Source of the DNA: Eubacteriales bacterium
GTDB lineage: Bacteria > Bacillota > Clostridia > Christensenellales > CAG-917
Direction of reading: 5' to 3'
Assembly: GCA_035449045.1 (NCBI GenBank)
Contig: DAOTKC010000001.1
Span: 72,145 to 136,144 of the forward strand
DNA: 64,000 nt
A program made the position numbers and the translations under genes. Of this stretch, positions 38,475-48,360 are shown piece by piece (the stretch's first letter is position 1; every line of letters starts with the position of its first letter). Under the pieces are notes generated by a model. The model ran no database searches. It was not told the origin of the DNA and saw nothing but the letters and a program-made list of their open reading frames with translations.

Positions 38475-39083
38475 TCAGTTTCCTCCTTTCTGGAAGGGCA
38501 TGCCCAAAAGCTTGAGCAGTTCGCGCGCCTCTTCGTCGGTTTTGGCGCTGGTCACAAAGCAGATGTCGAATCCTCTGACTTTCTCGATTTTGTCGTAGGA
38601 AATCTCGGGGAAAATAAGCTGCTCTTTGACGCCCATGGCGTAATTTCCTCTGCCGTCGAAGGACTTTAAGGAAGTGCCCTTGAAGTCACGGACGCGCGGC
38701 AGCGCTATCGAAATGAATTTCTCGAAGAAGTCGAACATGCGGTTGCCGCGAAGGGTAACCTTGGCGCCCACGTTCATGCCGGTCCTCACCTTGAAGTTGG
38801 CGACGCTCTTTTTCGCCTTGGTAACTACCGGCTTTTGTCCCGAGATAATCTTGAGCTCGTCGACGGCGAGGTTTAGGCTCTTAGAGTTGTCCTTGCAGTC
38901 GCCAAGCCCCATGTTGAGCACGATTTTTTCGAGTTTGGGAACTTGGTTGATGTTGGCGTAGCCGAAACGCTTGATAAGCGCGGGCACGGTGACCTCGCGG
39001 TAGAGGTCCTTCATCTTGTAGCGCGGCAAGCCGCTATCGGTTGCAACTGCTTTAGCAACCTGAGTAGTCTTTTTTTCTGCCAC
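38475..39083 (-). CDS. rplE: 50S ribosomal protein L5 (with ~23-aa N-terminal extension)
   Basis: L5 core ([15 protein letters not shown]). GTG start at 39083 with GGAGG 8 nt upstream. The canonical-position ATG (MKDLYRE) has no SD. Confidence 0.9.
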   Translation of the reverse strand: MAEKKTTQVAKAVATDSGLPRYKMKDLYREVTVPALIKRFGYANINQVPKLEKIVLNMGLGDCKDNSKSLNLAVDELKIISGQKPVVTKAKKSVANFKVRTGMNVGAKVTLRGNRMFDFFEKFISIALPRVRDFKGTSLKSFDGRGNYAMGVKEQLIFPEISYDKIEKVRGFDICFVTSAKTDEEARELLKLLGMPFQKGGN

Positions 39084-39143
39084 TTTATATTCCTCCGGGG
39101 CTTGAGCCCCCTGCGGCCTTACGGCCGTTTAGTCCTTAAGTTC

Positions 39144-39668
39144 TTATTCTTCGGTTTCGGCTTCGCTCTCGCTTGCTTCGAGCGCTTCCTTGGCTTCTTC
39201 GGCGGACACTATGTCGAGCGCCTCCTCGGGAGCGGGCGAGTTCGCCTTGATTTCGGCTTTATCGGTAGCCTTTACGTCGTCCTTCTTCTTGCCGGCTTTT
39301 TTGGCGACCTTCTTGGCGGTCTTTTTGGCGGAGGGCTTCTTTTCGTCCATCGATGCGCCGCATTTCTTGCAGACTCTGATTTTCTTGAGCTTGCCGCCTT
39401 CCGTTATCTCTTGATGGCCTATTCTGACCACCTCGTTGCAGGCGGGGCAGATATGCATGACGTTGGAGCTGTCGAGGGTGCCTTCTTGCTTTAAGATGCC
39501 GCCCTTCTGCTGCGCCGTCTTGGGCTTGACGTGCTTTTTAATAATGTTGACGCCTTCGACGTAAATTCTTCCCGAATCGGTGTCGACGCCGAGCACCTTG
39601 CCCGCTTTGCCTTTATCTTTTCCAGCGATGACCATGACGCTGTCGCCTTTTTTTACATTCAACTTCAT
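39144..39668 (-). CDS. rplX: 50S ribosomal protein L24 with zinc-ribbon and long charged C-terminal tail
   Basis: KOW N-terminus (KKGDSVMVIAGKDKGKAGKV), CPAC...CKKC, then about 65 aa of Lys-rich and then acidic tail. 174 aa versus about 100-110 aa for typical L24. Confidence 0.9.
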   Translation of the reverse strand: MKLNVKKGDSVMVIAGKDKGKAGKVLGVDTDSGRIYVEGVNIIKKHVKPKTAQQKGGILKQEGTLDSSNVMHICPACNEVVRIGHQEITEGGKLKKIRVCKKCGASMDEKKPSAKKTAKKVAKKAGKKKDDVKATDKAEIKANSPAPEEALDIVSAEEAKEALEASESEAETEE

Positions 39669-39743
39669 ATTTGACTCCTTTTGCCGAACCTGCGTTTTAG
39701 CGTGTCGTTTTTAACCTATAAACCTTATATTCGGCGAAAAACC

Positions 39744-40112
39744 TTACAGCACTTCGGGGGCGAGAGAGATAATCTTCATATAGCCCTTCTCGCGGAGTTC
39801 GCGCGCTATGGGCCCAAAGATGCGGGTGCCTCTCGGCTCTTTCTGGTTGTCGATGATGACGGCAGCGTTGTCGTCGAAAACGATGGTGGAACCGTCGGCG
39901 CGCCTTATGCCTTTATGCGTCCTGACGATGACGGCCTTGACGACCTCGCCCTTTTTGACGACGCCGCCCGGCGTCGCAGTCTTGACCGACGCCACTATGA
40001 CGTCGCCGATGTTGCCGCTTTTCCTAAACGAGCCGCCAAGCACTCTGATGCACATTATTTCCTTGGCGCCGGTGTTGTCCGCCGCCTTGAGAATGGTTTG
40101 TTGTTGTATCAT
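39744..40112 (-). CDS. rplN: 50S ribosomal protein L14
   Basis: [17 protein letters not shown], 122 aa. Confidence 0.96.
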   Translation of the reverse strand: MIQQQTILKAADNTGAKEIMCIRVLGGSFRKSGNIGDVIVASVKTATPGGVVKKGEVVKAVIVRTHKGIRRADGSTIVFDDNAAVIIDNQKEPRGTRIFGPIARELREKGYMKIISLAPEVL

Positions 40113-40122
40113 GGCTGCCTCC

Positions 40123-40377
40123 TTATTTCGCCTTATCGAGAATCTCTACAAGGCGCCAGCACTTGTCCTTGGACAGGCGGCGGGTTTCCTCGACGAGCAC
40201 TTTGTCGCCGATGCCGGCGGCGTTGCTCTCGTCGTGCGCCTTCAAGCGCTTCGTTCTCTTGACTATCTTCTTATAGAGAGGATGCTTGACGCGCTCCTCG
40301 ATGACGAGGACTATCGTCTTATCCATTTTGTCGGACACCACGATGCCGGTCTTGGTCTTTCTCAAATTTCTTTCCAT
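40123..40377 (-). CDS. rpsQ: 30S ribosomal protein S17
   Basis: 84 aa with [14 protein letters not shown]. Confidence 0.95.
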   Translation of the reverse strand: MERNLRKTKTGIVVSDKMDKTIVLVIEERVKHPLYKKIVKRTKRLKAHDESNAAGIGDKVLVEETRRLSKDKCWRLVEILDKAK

Positions 40378-40391
40378 CTTGCTGCTCCTCT

Positions 40392-40628
40392 CTATTTAGT
40401 CTTCTTCTTTGAAGCCGGACGGTTGAGTTCGGGGTAGATGTTGAGCTCGCGCTGGCGCAATATTGTTTTGACGCGCGCGATGTCTCTCTTGCATTCCACA
40501 AGCACGTTGGCGTTGGTGAGCTGGTTGGTGGCGTGCTTGAAGCGGAGGAAGAAGAGCTGATTTTTGAGCTCGTTCAGCTTGGCGGAAAGTTCTTCCGTCG
40601 TCAGTTCGTAAAGCTGCTTATTCTTCAT
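40392..40628 (-). CDS. rpmC: 50S ribosomal protein L29
   Basis: 78 aa with [17 protein letters not shown]. The C-terminus is slightly extended. Confidence 0.92.
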   Translation of the reverse strand: MKNKQLYELTTEELSAKLNELKNQLFFLRFKHATNQLTNANVLVECKRDIARVKTILRQRELNIYPELNRPASKKKTK

Positions 40629-41064
40629 TGCTGGCCTCCTCCTTTACCGCCGCCGCAGTATCCCTTTTGATAAACTTGCACTTGATGGGGAGTTTCGTCC
40701 CTGCCAGGCGGAGAGCTTCTTTGGCGAGCTCTTCGGGCACGCCCGCGATTTCAAACAGCACTCTGCCGGGCTTTACGACGGCAACCCAGTATTCGGGCGA
40801 GCCTTTGCCGCTGCCCATGCGGGTTTCGGCGGGTTTCTTGGTGACGGGCTTGTGGGGGAAGATGTTGACCCAAACCTGACCGCCCCTCTTTATATATCTC
40901 GTCAGCGCGACGCGCGCCGCTTCTATCTGGTTGGAAGTTATCCACGCCGGCTCGGTCGCCTGTAGCGCGTATTCACCGTAGGCTATCATGTTGCCTTTGT
41001 GCGCCTCGCCCTTCATTCTGCCGCGGAAAACTCTTCTTCTTTTGACTCTCTTGGGCTGTAACAT
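40618..41064 (-). CDS. rplP: 50S ribosomal protein L16
   Basis: [19 protein letters not shown], 148 aa. Confidence 0.95.
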   Translation of the reverse strand: MLQPKRVKRRRVFRGRMKGEAHKGNMIAYGEYALQATEPAWITSNQIEAARVALTRYIKRGGQVWVNIFPHKPVTKKPAETRMGSGKGSPEYWVAVVKPGRVLFEIAGVPEELAKEALRLAGTKLPIKCKFIKRDTAAAVKEEASNEE

Positions 41065-41723
41065 CAGTCGTTACCTCCTTCTTTAGCCTTGCCGAGGATT
41101 TCGCCCTTGTATATCCAGCACTTGACGCCGATGACGCCGAAGGTGGTGTGCGCCTCGGCAAAGCCGAAGTCGATGTCGGCTCTGAGCGTCTGAAGGGGAA
41201 TGGAGCCCTCGTGGTATTGTTCGCAACGCGCTATTTCGGCGCCGTCCAGCCTGCCCGCGACCATCGTCTTGATGCCCTTGGCGCCCGATTTCATGGCGCG
41301 CGCCATAGCTTGCTTCATGGTGCGGCGGAAGGATGAGCGCTTTTCGAGCTGAGCGGCGATGGATTCGGCGACCAGCTGAGCGTCGGCGTCGGGACGGCGG
41401 ACTTCGATGATGTTGATGAGCACGGCGTTGCCGGCGGGGAGGAATGCCTGAACCTCGTTCTTGATTTCGGTCACGCCCGCGCCTTCTTTGCCGATAAGCA
41501 TGGAGGGCCGGCCGGTGTGGATGCCCACTATGACCTTGCTGGCCGCGCGCTCGATGGTGATTTTGGAGATGGCGCGGTCATAATACTTCTTCTTTATGAA
41601 CTTGCGGATTTTGTCGTCGGCGACGAGCGTCGCTGCGAAATCCTTTTTACCGGCATACCATTGGGCGTCCCACTGCTTATTGATTCCTATTCTGAGGCCG
41701 TGCGGATTGACTTTCTGTCCCAT
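41064..41723 (-). CDS. rpsC: 30S ribosomal protein S3
   Basis: [13 protein letters not shown] at ATG 41723. The Arg-rich 42-aa track extension overlaps rplV and I discarded it. Confidence 0.94.
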   Translation of the reverse strand: MGQKVNPHGLRIGINKQWDAQWYAGKKDFAATLVADDKIRKFIKKKYYDRAISKITIERAASKVIVGIHTGRPSMLIGKEGAGVTEIKNEVQAFLPAGNAVLINIIEVRRPDADAQLVAESIAAQLEKRSSFRRTMKQAMARAMKSGAKGIKTMVAGRLDGAEIARCEQYHEGSIPLQTLRADIDFGFAEAHTTFGVIGVKCWIYKGEILGKAKEGGND

Positions 41724-41731
41724 ATATCCTC

Positions 41732-42115
41732 CTACTTCTTGGCGTCGAGAACGACGGTGATGTGGCTGGTGCGCTTGAGTATTCGGGCGGCTCTTCCCTT
41801 GGCGCGCGGCATAATCCGCTTCAAAACCGGCCCGCCGTCGCAGAAGCACTCGGCGATATAGAGGTCGTTCCTCGATTTATTTTGGAATTCGGCGTTGGCC
41901 GCCGCCGAATTAACCACCTTCAAGGCCACTTCGGCGCCCGATTTTCTGGTGTTTTCCAGCATCGCGACAGCCTCGTTCAAATCGCGGCCGCGGATGGTGT
42001 CGAGCACGACGCGGACTTTGTCGGGAGAAATTCTCACGAAACGGGCGACCGCCCGCGGACGCATATCTTTTGTTTGCGCCCTGTTCAACGCTTTAATCTT
42101 ATTTCTGGTCGCCAT
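41732..42115 (-). CDS. rplV: 50S ribosomal protein L22
   Basis: I trimmed the start to [14 protein letters not shown] at 42115. The L22 core is present. Confidence 0.93.
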   Translation of the reverse strand: MATRNKIKALNRAQTKDMRPRAVARFVRISPDKVRVVLDTIRGRDLNEAVAMLENTRKSGAEVALKVVNSAAANAEFQNKSRNDLYIAECFCDGGPVLKRIMPRAKGRAARILKRTSHITVVLDAKK

Positions 42116-42123
42116 AACTCCTC

Positions 42124-42405
42124 CTACTTCTTCGCCGCCGCTTTCTTTTCGCCGGCGTGAATGGGATACTTGCGGGTAGCCACGAACTCGCCCAGCTTGT
42201 GACCGACCATATCCTCGCTGACGTAGACGGGAATATGCTTTCTGCCGTCGTGGACGGCTATGGTGTGACCGACCATCTCGGGGAATATCGTGGAAGCTCT
42301 CGACCAAGTCTTGATCGGGCGCTTCTCGCCGGTGGCGTTCATAATGTCGATCTTTTTAATCAGGGCTTCTTGGACATAAGGCCCTTTCTTTACGCTCCTG
42401 CTCAT
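42124..42405 (-). CDS. rpsS: 30S ribosomal protein S19
   Basis: [11 protein letters not shown], 93 aa. Confidence 0.96.
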   Translation of the reverse strand: MSRSVKKGPYVQEALIKKIDIMNATGEKRPIKTWSRASTIFPEMVGHTIAVHDGRKHIPVYVSEDMVGHKLGEFVATRKYPIHAGEKKAAAKK

Positions 42406-42417
42406 TTCGTGCCTCCG

Positions 42418-43245
42418 TCAGTTGATGCGCTTGATTATAAATCTATCGGTTGTGTTCTTCTTCTTTCTCGTCTTGTATCCCATGGCGGGCTTGCCCCAAG
42501 GAGTGACGGGCGAGGGCATACCGATGGGCGATTTGCCTTCGCCGCCGCCGTGCGGGTGGTCGCAGGGGTTCATGACAACGCCGCGGACGGTGGGACGGAT
42601 GCCTTTATGGCGCGTCTTGCCCGCTTTGCCCACTCTGACTATCTCGTGGTCGACGTTGCCTACTTGGCCGATTGTCGCCTTGCAGCGCGCTAAAATATAG
42701 CGCATCTCGCCGCTCGGCAACCTCAGCGTGGCATATTTGCCTTCCTTGGCCATGAGCTGGGCGGCGCTTCCCGCCGTTCTCGCGATTTGGCCGCCGCGGC
42801 CGGGCTGCATCTCGATATTGTGGACCATGGTGCCTACGGGAATATTTTCAAGAGGCAGCGCGTTGCCCGCCTTGATGTCGGCACTCGGGCCGCTCATCAC
42901 CGTGGCGCCCTTGGTCAGCCCCAGCGGCGCGATGATATAGCGCTTCTCGCCGTCGGCATAGACCAAAAGAGCGATGTTGGCGCTTCTGTTGGGATCGTAT
43001 TCGATTTCGGCGACTTTGGCGGGGATGCCGTCTTTATCGCGCTTGAAGTCGATAATTCTGTATTTAATGCGGGCGCCGCCACCGATGTGGCGGACGGTTA
43101 TCCTGCCCGTGGAGTTCCTGCCGCCCGTCTTGTTTAACGATTGCGTCAGGCTCTTTTCGGGGGTTTGAGTCGTTATCTCGTCAAACGCCGGAACCGTCAT
43201 AAAACGGCGGGCGGGCGATGTCGGTTTATACTTCTTGATTGCCAT
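42418..43245 (-). CDS. rplB: 50S ribosomal protein L2
   Basis: 275 aa with [14 protein letters not shown]. Confidence 0.96.
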   Translation of the reverse strand: MAIKKYKPTSPARRFMTVPAFDEITTQTPEKSLTQSLNKTGGRNSTGRITVRHIGGGARIKYRIIDFKRDKDGIPAKVAEIEYDPNRSANIALLVYADGEKRYIIAPLGLTKGATVMSGPSADIKAGNALPLENIPVGTMVHNIEMQPGRGGQIARTAGSAAQLMAKEGKYATLRLPSGEMRYILARCKATIGQVGNVDHEIVRVGKAGKTRHKGIRPTVRGVVMNPCDHPHGGGEGKSPIGMPSPVTPWGKPAMGYKTRKKKNTTDRFIIKRIN

Positions 43246-43256
43246 GGTATTCCCTC

Positions 43257-43547
43257 CTAAGCCAAGCTCTCGAAGAACTCGATAGCCTTGCTGTCCGCGG
43301 TCAGCGTCACAATGGCCTTTTTGTAGGAAGATGTCCTGCCTTGCGTCCGGCCCATGCGCTTCATTTTGCCGCCGACGTTCACGGTGTTGACCTTCGCCAC
43401 CTTAACGTTGAAGATTTCCTCGACGGCGAGCTTGATTTGAGTCTTGGTCGCATCGCGGAGCACTTTGAAAGTATAGCGCTTGGACGCTATGCCGTCATAG
43501 CTCTTTTCGGAAAGGATGGGCTTTATTATAATGTCGTAAGCCGTCAT
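43257..43547 (-). CDS. rplW: 50S ribosomal protein L23
   Basis: I trimmed the start to [16 protein letters not shown] at 43547, a TAATG junction with the rplD stop. Confidence 0.93.
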   Translation of the reverse strand: MTAYDIIIKPILSEKSYDGIASKRYTFKVLRDATKTQIKLAVEEIFNVKVAKVNTVNVGGKMKRMGRTQGRTSSYKKAIVTLTADSKAIEFFESLA

Positions 43548-44167
43548 TATCCGTTGACCTCCTCGAGTTTTCTGACCGCCTCGGCGGTGATGATGACGAT
43601 GTTCTTGCTGACGAGGTCGTAGACGTTCAAAAGCTCGGCCGAGCAAACCTCGACGTTTTCGAGATTGGAGCATGAGCGGAGCGTCAACTCGTCGTCGCGA
43701 TCGCGCACGATGAGGGCGGTGCCGGACGCGTTGAGCGCCTTGAGCGCCGAAGCCGCTTCTTTGGTCTTGCCTGCCGCTTTGAAGTCGTCGACTATGACGA
43801 TTTCATTTCTCCTCAGCTTTTCGGAGAGCGCCGAGCAAAGCGCGCCCGACTTCATCGACTTGTTGATTTTTTGGGAAAAATCGCGGGGCTTAGGCGCGAA
43901 TACCACGCCGCCCTTGACGAACTGGGGCGCGCGGATGGAGCCCTGACGGGCGCGGCCCGTTCCCTTCTGGCGATAGGGCTTTTTGCCGCCGCCTCTGACC
44001 TCGGCCATGGTGAGCGTGCTCTTGGTGCCCTGCCGTTTGTTGGCGAGCTGCGCCGTCACCACTTGGTGGATTAAAGGCTCGTTGTATTCCCTGCCGAACA
44101 CGGCGTCGGAAAGATTCATCTTTCCCACAACGGCGCCGGTCGTATTAAATACGCTGACTTCTATCAT
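43547..44167 (-). CDS. rplD: 50S ribosomal protein L4
   Basis: 206 aa with GGGKKPYRQKGTGRARQGS. Confidence 0.95.
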   Translation of the reverse strand: MIEVSVFNTTGAVVGKMNLSDAVFGREYNEPLIHQVVTAQLANKRQGTKSTLTMAEVRGGGKKPYRQKGTGRARQGSIRAPQFVKGGVVFAPKPRDFSQKINKSMKSGALCSALSEKLRRNEIVIVDDFKAAGKTKEAASALKALNASGTALIVRDRDDELTLRSCSNLENVEVCSAELLNVYDLVSKNIVIITAEAVRKLEEVNG

Positions 44168-44178
44168 ATAGCTCTCCT

Positions 44179-44808
44179 TTAGGCCTTAATCGACTCTTTG
44201 ACGACGACCATGCCGCCCTTGGGACCGGGAACGGCGCCCTTGATAAAGAGCAAGTTCCTAGCCGCGTCGATTTTGGCTATTTCGAGGTTCTGTATCGTAA
44301 CTTGTTCGTTGCCGTATTGACCCGCCATGTGCTTGTTCTTGAAGACGCGTGAAGGATCGGAGTTGGCGGAAAGCGAGCCTACGCCTCTGTGGTAGCCCGA
44401 ACCGTGTCCCATCGGTCCTCTCGCGCTGTTCCATCTCTGGATGACGCCCGAAAAGCCGCGGCCTTTGGTTTTGGCGGTGACGTCGACGTGATCGCCGACC
44501 GTAAACACCGAGCACAGAATCAGCGAGCCGACCGTAATTTGCGCGGCGCCTTCGAGCTTGAGCTCTTTAAGATAACGCTTGGCGGAGACGCCGGCCTTCT
44601 TGAAGTGGCCCTTCAGCGGCTCGTTAACGTTCTTTTCTTTGATTTCGCCGAATGCAACCTGCACGGCTTCGTATCCATCCCGTTCTTTCGTCTTAACTTG
44701 GACGACGGGACAGGGACCGGCCTCTACCACGGTGACGGGTATAAATTTTCCGTCTTCCGTGAACAGTTGGCTCATTCCCAATTTTTTCCCAATGATTGCT
44801 TTATTCAT
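44179..44808 (-). CDS. rplC: 50S ribosomal protein L3
   Basis: 209 aa with IIGKKLGMSQLF. Confidence 0.95.
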   Translation of the reverse strand: MNKAIIGKKLGMSQLFTEDGKFIPVTVVEAGPCPVVQVKTKERDGYEAVQVAFGEIKEKNVNEPLKGHFKKAGVSAKRYLKELKLEGAAQITVGSLILCSVFTVGDHVDVTAKTKGRGFSGVIQRWNSARGPMGHGSGYHRGVGSLSANSDPSRVFKNKHMAGQYGNEQVTIQNLEIAKIDAARNLLFIKGAVPGPKGGMVVVKESIKA

Positions 44809-44832
44809 TGATAAAGTTCACCTCCGAGTGGT

Positions 44833-45141
44833 TTAAAGCTTAATCGAAATGTCGACGCCGGCGGGGAGCTCCAGCTTCATGAGGCTGTCCACCGTCTTGG
44901 CGGTGGGGTTGAAGATGTCAATCAGCCTCTTGTGAGTGCGAAGCTCGAACTGCTCGCGGCTGTCTTTGTATTTGTGGGGCGAGCGCAAAATGGTGATGAT
45001 TTCCTTTTCTGTAGGCAACGGCATAGGGCCGGTAACTTTGGTGCCGGTGCGCTTAACCGTTTCCACAATCTTCTCGGCGGACAAGTCGATTAAGTTGTGG
45101 TCGTATGCTTTGAGCTTAATCCTAATTTTTTGACCTGCCAT
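44833..45141 (-). CDS. rpsJ: 30S ribosomal protein S10
   Basis: 102 aa with [11 protein letters not shown]. Confidence 0.96.
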   Translation of the reverse strand: MAGQKIRIKLKAYDHNLIDLSAEKIVETVKRTGTKVTGPMPLPTEKEIITILRSPHKYKDSREQFELRTHKRLIDIFNPTAKTVDSLMKLELPAGVDISIKL

Positions 45142-45196
45142 TTTTGGCGTCCTCCTTAAGTCCTTTCCACTCGGCCTCGTGTGTCGCGAATCCCTT

Positions 45197-45221
45197 TTAA
45201 AAATGCGCCTGTTTTGGCGCC
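45197..45221 (-). promoter_or_regulatory. terminator-like hairpin within the S10-operon leader (candidate attenuator)
   Basis: The minus-strand RNA reads GGCGCC-AAAACA-GGCGC followed by AUUUUUAAAA, about 55 nt upstream of the rpsJ ATG. Confidence 0.4.
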
Positions 45222-45299
45222 GGACCCTCCGCGGACGTTATCCTTTCGGAACCTCCCGCAAGAAAAGAAACACACCGTCCAGGGGCGGACAGCTTCCCT

Positions 45300-45328
45300 A
45301 TAATAGCAACTAAAGTTTTTTCTGTCAA
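45300..45328 (-). promoter_or_regulatory. candidate sigma-A promoter of the S10 operon
   Basis: Minus strand reads a consensus TTGACA, a 17-nt spacer, then TATTAT, about 150 nt upstream of rpsJ. Confidence 0.65.
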
Positions 45329-45500
45329 ACGCTTTTTAAAAAATTCTCAACTTTTTCCTCGATTTTGTGTAATAAAAGCTGATTTTCGGCGTTTTTTCGC
45401 CCTTGATACAAATTTTTGGGGCTAAATGCAAAGTTTTGAATTTTTTCGATAAATCGGTAAAAAATAATAGCAACAACCAAAAAAGGAGTTTTTATTTTTT

Positions 45501-45752
45501 ATGATAACAATAATCGCTTTAATCATCGTCATTATCGGCGCGCTCAACTGGCTTGCAGTCGGCGCCTTCAATTTCAACGTCATCAACTGGATTTTCGGCG
45601 CCAACCTCTATATCATTCCGCGCATCCTCTACTCGCTGGTCGGCATAGCCGGACTTTGGCTCATTTACTACCTCATCCGCAACTGGACGGCAATCTGCCA
45701 CAACCGCGCCGAGCACATGCGCGACGACCACCGCCACGACGACGTCCACTAA
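45501..45752 (+). CDS. DUF378-family small membrane protein with His/Asp-rich C-terminal tail
   Basis: 83 aa. IIGALNWLAVGAFNFNVINWIFG is the DUF378 hallmark. AAGGAG SD. The tail is HNRAEHMRDDHRHDDVH. Confidence 0.8.
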   Translation: MITIIALIIVIIGALNWLAVGAFNFNVINWIFGANLYIIPRILYSLVGIAGLWLIYYLIRNWTAICHNRAEHMRDDHRHDDVH

Positions 45753-45932
45753 AGATACTCCCCGTTGGATGCCTGCATCCAATGGGGACACCGAATAATT
45801 TGCCCCATTAAATGAGGTCATTTAACGGGAACCCCGATATAAATGGGCTACAACAAGTCCTATATTCAATAGCCTTGAATGCTTAGGCGCCCCGATTGAA
45901 GCGAAACCGCTTTAACCGTTAAGCAGAGATGG

Positions 45933-45963
45933 AAAAATCCGCGGAGCTCCGCGGATTTTTTTA
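45933..45963. terminator. bidirectional intrinsic terminator (cupin gene / DUF378 region)
   Basis: AAAAATCCGCGGAGCTCCGCGGATTTTTTT is a perfect palindromic GC stem flanked by A- and T-tracts. Confidence 0.8.
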
Positions 45964-45990
45964 TTGCTTTAGAACAAATCGGGCAAAAAA

Positions 45991-46329
45991 CTATTTGAAA
46001 AAGAAGCAGAGCCAGATGCAGGGGTTGGATGTTTTTAAGACTTTATGGGGGCGGTGGGCGGGAATAAAGCAGCTGTCGCCCTTTTTAAGCTCGACTACTT
46101 CATCGTTAATCATCAGCGTCGATTCCCCTTCGATGACGCTCACCCACTCGTTTTCGGCTTGGTCGTAAATATCGGTGCCCTCGCCGTAGGACACTATTTT
46201 CTCAATTCTGACCGATTCGTTTCTGAACAGCACGGTGGCGACTTCTCCCGCCGCGTTCCAGAAAAATCGCTTGGTTTCGGTAGTGTCGCACGCCTTATTA
46301 TATTGAAATAAGTTTTCTTTTACTATCAT
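45991..46329 (-). CDS. cupin-domain protein
   Basis: 112 aa from ATG 46329. It has a two-motif cupin-like core (ENEWVSVIEGES...GDSCFIPAHRPHKV). Confidence 0.7.
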   Translation of the reverse strand: MIVKENLFQYNKACDTTETKRFFWNAAGEVATVLFRNESVRIEKIVSYGEGTDIYDQAENEWVSVIEGESTLMINDEVVELKKGDSCFIPAHRPHKVLKTSNPCIWLCFFFK

Positions 46330-46535
46330 ACTTAAAATTATATATGCGTGCGCAAAGAAGGTCAATCTTTTTACGAAAGACGAAAGCGATTTTTCGCTAA
46401 ATTTCGCAAACCAAAAAATAAACAAAACGCAGGTGGGAAAGCCCGCGTTTTTTAGCGTTTTTTAGTCTGAAACTACTGTTAAAGAAAAGTTATAGTCGAG
46501 ATATCCGATTCTTAAATTTTAATCGGCTCGCGTTA

Positions 46536-48353
46536 TCAGGATTTAAACATCTGCTTCATGCGCTGCTCACGGCTCAGCGTGCGCTTGCGGATTCGGAGTG
46601 ATTTCGGCGTGACCTCCAAAAGCTCGTCGTCGTTCAAAAATTCCAAACATTCCTCGAGTGAAAACTTACGTGTCGCGTTCAGGCGCAGCGCCTCGTCGCT
46701 GCCGGCGGCGCGGATATTGGTGACGTGCTTTTTCTTGCAGACATTGACGACGATATCGCCCGCCTTGGGGGAGACGCCCACCACCATACCCTCGTAGACG
46801 GGCGTGACGGGATCGATGAAGAGCAGGCCGCGCTCCTGCGCGTTGAAGAGGCCGTAGGTGGTGGCCTCGCCCGTCTCGAAGGCGACAAGCGAGCCCTCCG
46901 TCCTTCTCGGAATTTCGCCTTTCATCGGCTCGTAGCCGTTAAAAACGGCCGACATCACGGCTTCGCCGCGCGTCTCCGTCAAAAGCTCGTTTTTATAGCC
47001 GAACAGCCCGCGTGAGGGGATATTGAACTCGAGGCGGACGCGGTTTGCTATATTCTGCATATAAGCAAGCTCGCCGCGGCGCGCGCCCGCCGACGACATG
47101 ACGGCGCCTACGTATTCGGAGGGGACGTCGACGACAAGCTTGTCAACGGGCTCGCATACCACGCCGTTTATCGTTTTCAGCATGACTTTGGGCGTAGAAA
47201 CCTGAAATTCGTAGCCGTCGCGGCGCATTGTTTCGATTAAAATCGAAAGGTGCATTTCGCCCCTGCCCAGCACGCGGAAGGCATCAGTGCTCGAGGTGTT
47301 TTCCACCCTGAGCGCGACGTCTTTCAGCAGTTCGCGGTTGAGGCGGTCGCGGATTTGGCGGGTGGTGACGTATTTGCCTTCCCTGCCCGCGAAGGGGCTG
47401 TCGTTGACGGAAAAAATCATCTCTACCGTGGGCTCGGTGATTTTGACGAAGGAAAGCGGCTCGACGGCGTCGGGAGAACAGACGGTGTCGCCGATGGTGA
47501 TATCCTCTATTCCCGAAAAGCACACAATGTCGCCGGCGTTCGCCCTTGCCACGGGCACGCGTTTTAATCCTTCAATCAAATATAGATTAACCAATTTTCC
47601 GCGCGCCGGCTGTTTTAGGTTGTTGTAGTCGCAGACGACGATGTCGGCGCCCGACACTGCGGTGCCCCGCTCGATTCTGCCTATTCCGATTCTTCCGACG
47701 TAGTCGTTGTAGTCGATTGAAGAGGTCAAAAGCTGAAGCCCGCCTTCCTCCGATACCTCGGGCGGCTCAACATAGTCTATGATGGTATCGAACAAGGGCT
47801 TTAAGCTGTCATTCGCCGTTTCGGGCGTAAATCCCGCCCGCCCCTGCCGCGCCGAGCAGTAGACAACGGGACTGTTTAACTGCTCGTCGGTGGCGTTCAT
47901 GTCCATTAAAAGCTCTAAAATCTCGTCCACGACTTCCTTTATTCTGGCGTCGGGACGGTCGATTTTATTGACGACGAGAATTATTTTGAGCTTGAGCTCC
48001 AGCGCCTTGCCCAAAACGAAGCGCGTCTGGGGCATCGGCCCCTCGAGGGCGTCGACGAGAAGAAGCACGCCCGAAACCATCTTGAGCACGCGCTCCACCT
48101 CGCCGCCGAAGTCGGCGTGGCCGGGAGTGTCTATTATGTTGATTTTTATGCCGCCGTAGTTTACCGCGGTGTTTTTGGCTAGTATGGTGATGCCGCGCTC
48201 GCGCTCCAGCTCGCCCGAATCCATAACGCGCTCGGCGACCTGCTGGTTGGCGCGGAAAGTTCCGCTTTGTTTTAGTAGTTCGTCGACCAAGGTCGTCTTG
48301 CCGTGGTCTACGTGGGCTATTATTGCTACATTCCTTAAATCATCTCTTTTCAT
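46536..48353 (-). CDS. typA: translational GTPase TypA/BipA
   Basis: 605 aa with [14 protein letters not shown] and [12 protein letters not shown], in an EF-G-like domain order. Confidence 0.94.
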   Translation of the reverse strand: MKRDDLRNVAIIAHVDHGKTTLVDELLKQSGTFRANQQVAERVMDSGELERERGITILAKNTAVNYGGIKINIIDTPGHADFGGEVERVLKMVSGVLLLVDALEGPMPQTRFVLGKALELKLKIILVVNKIDRPDARIKEVVDEILELLMDMNATDEQLNSPVVYCSARQGRAGFTPETANDSLKPLFDTIIDYVEPPEVSEEGGLQLLTSSIDYNDYVGRIGIGRIERGTAVSGADIVVCDYNNLKQPARGKLVNLYLIEGLKRVPVARANAGDIVCFSGIEDITIGDTVCSPDAVEPLSFVKITEPTVEMIFSVNDSPFAGREGKYVTTRQIRDRLNRELLKDVALRVENTSSTDAFRVLGRGEMHLSILIETMRRDGYEFQVSTPKVMLKTINGVVCEPVDKLVVDVPSEYVGAVMSSAGARRGELAYMQNIANRVRLEFNIPSRGLFGYKNELLTETRGEAVMSAVFNGYEPMKGEIPRRTEGSLVAFETGEATTYGLFNAQERGLLFIDPVTPVYEGMVVGVSPKAGDIVVNVCKKKHVTNIRAAGSDEALRLNATRKFSLEECLEFLNDDELLEVTPKSLRIRKRTLSREQRMKQMFKS

Positions 48354-48360
48354 ATATTAA

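Noticed and set aside
41064-43673. N-terminally extended track ORFs for S3 (261 aa), L22 (191 aa) and L23 (138 aa) with Arg/His-rich leaders.
   Set aside because: The extensions overlap the preceding ribosomal genes in another frame and lack SDs. The canonical N-termini ([28 protein letters not shown]) begin at internal ATGs with proper spacing, so I trimmed the coordinates.
46428-46460. Hairpin AAAACGCAGGTGGGAAAGCCCGCGTTTTTT between the cupin gene and typA, a possible typA terminator.
   Set aside because: The stem is interrupted (3+3 bp with a 4-nt bulge). The orientation of the stronger T-tract fits the plus strand, where there is no upstream gene. It is too weak to list as a feature.
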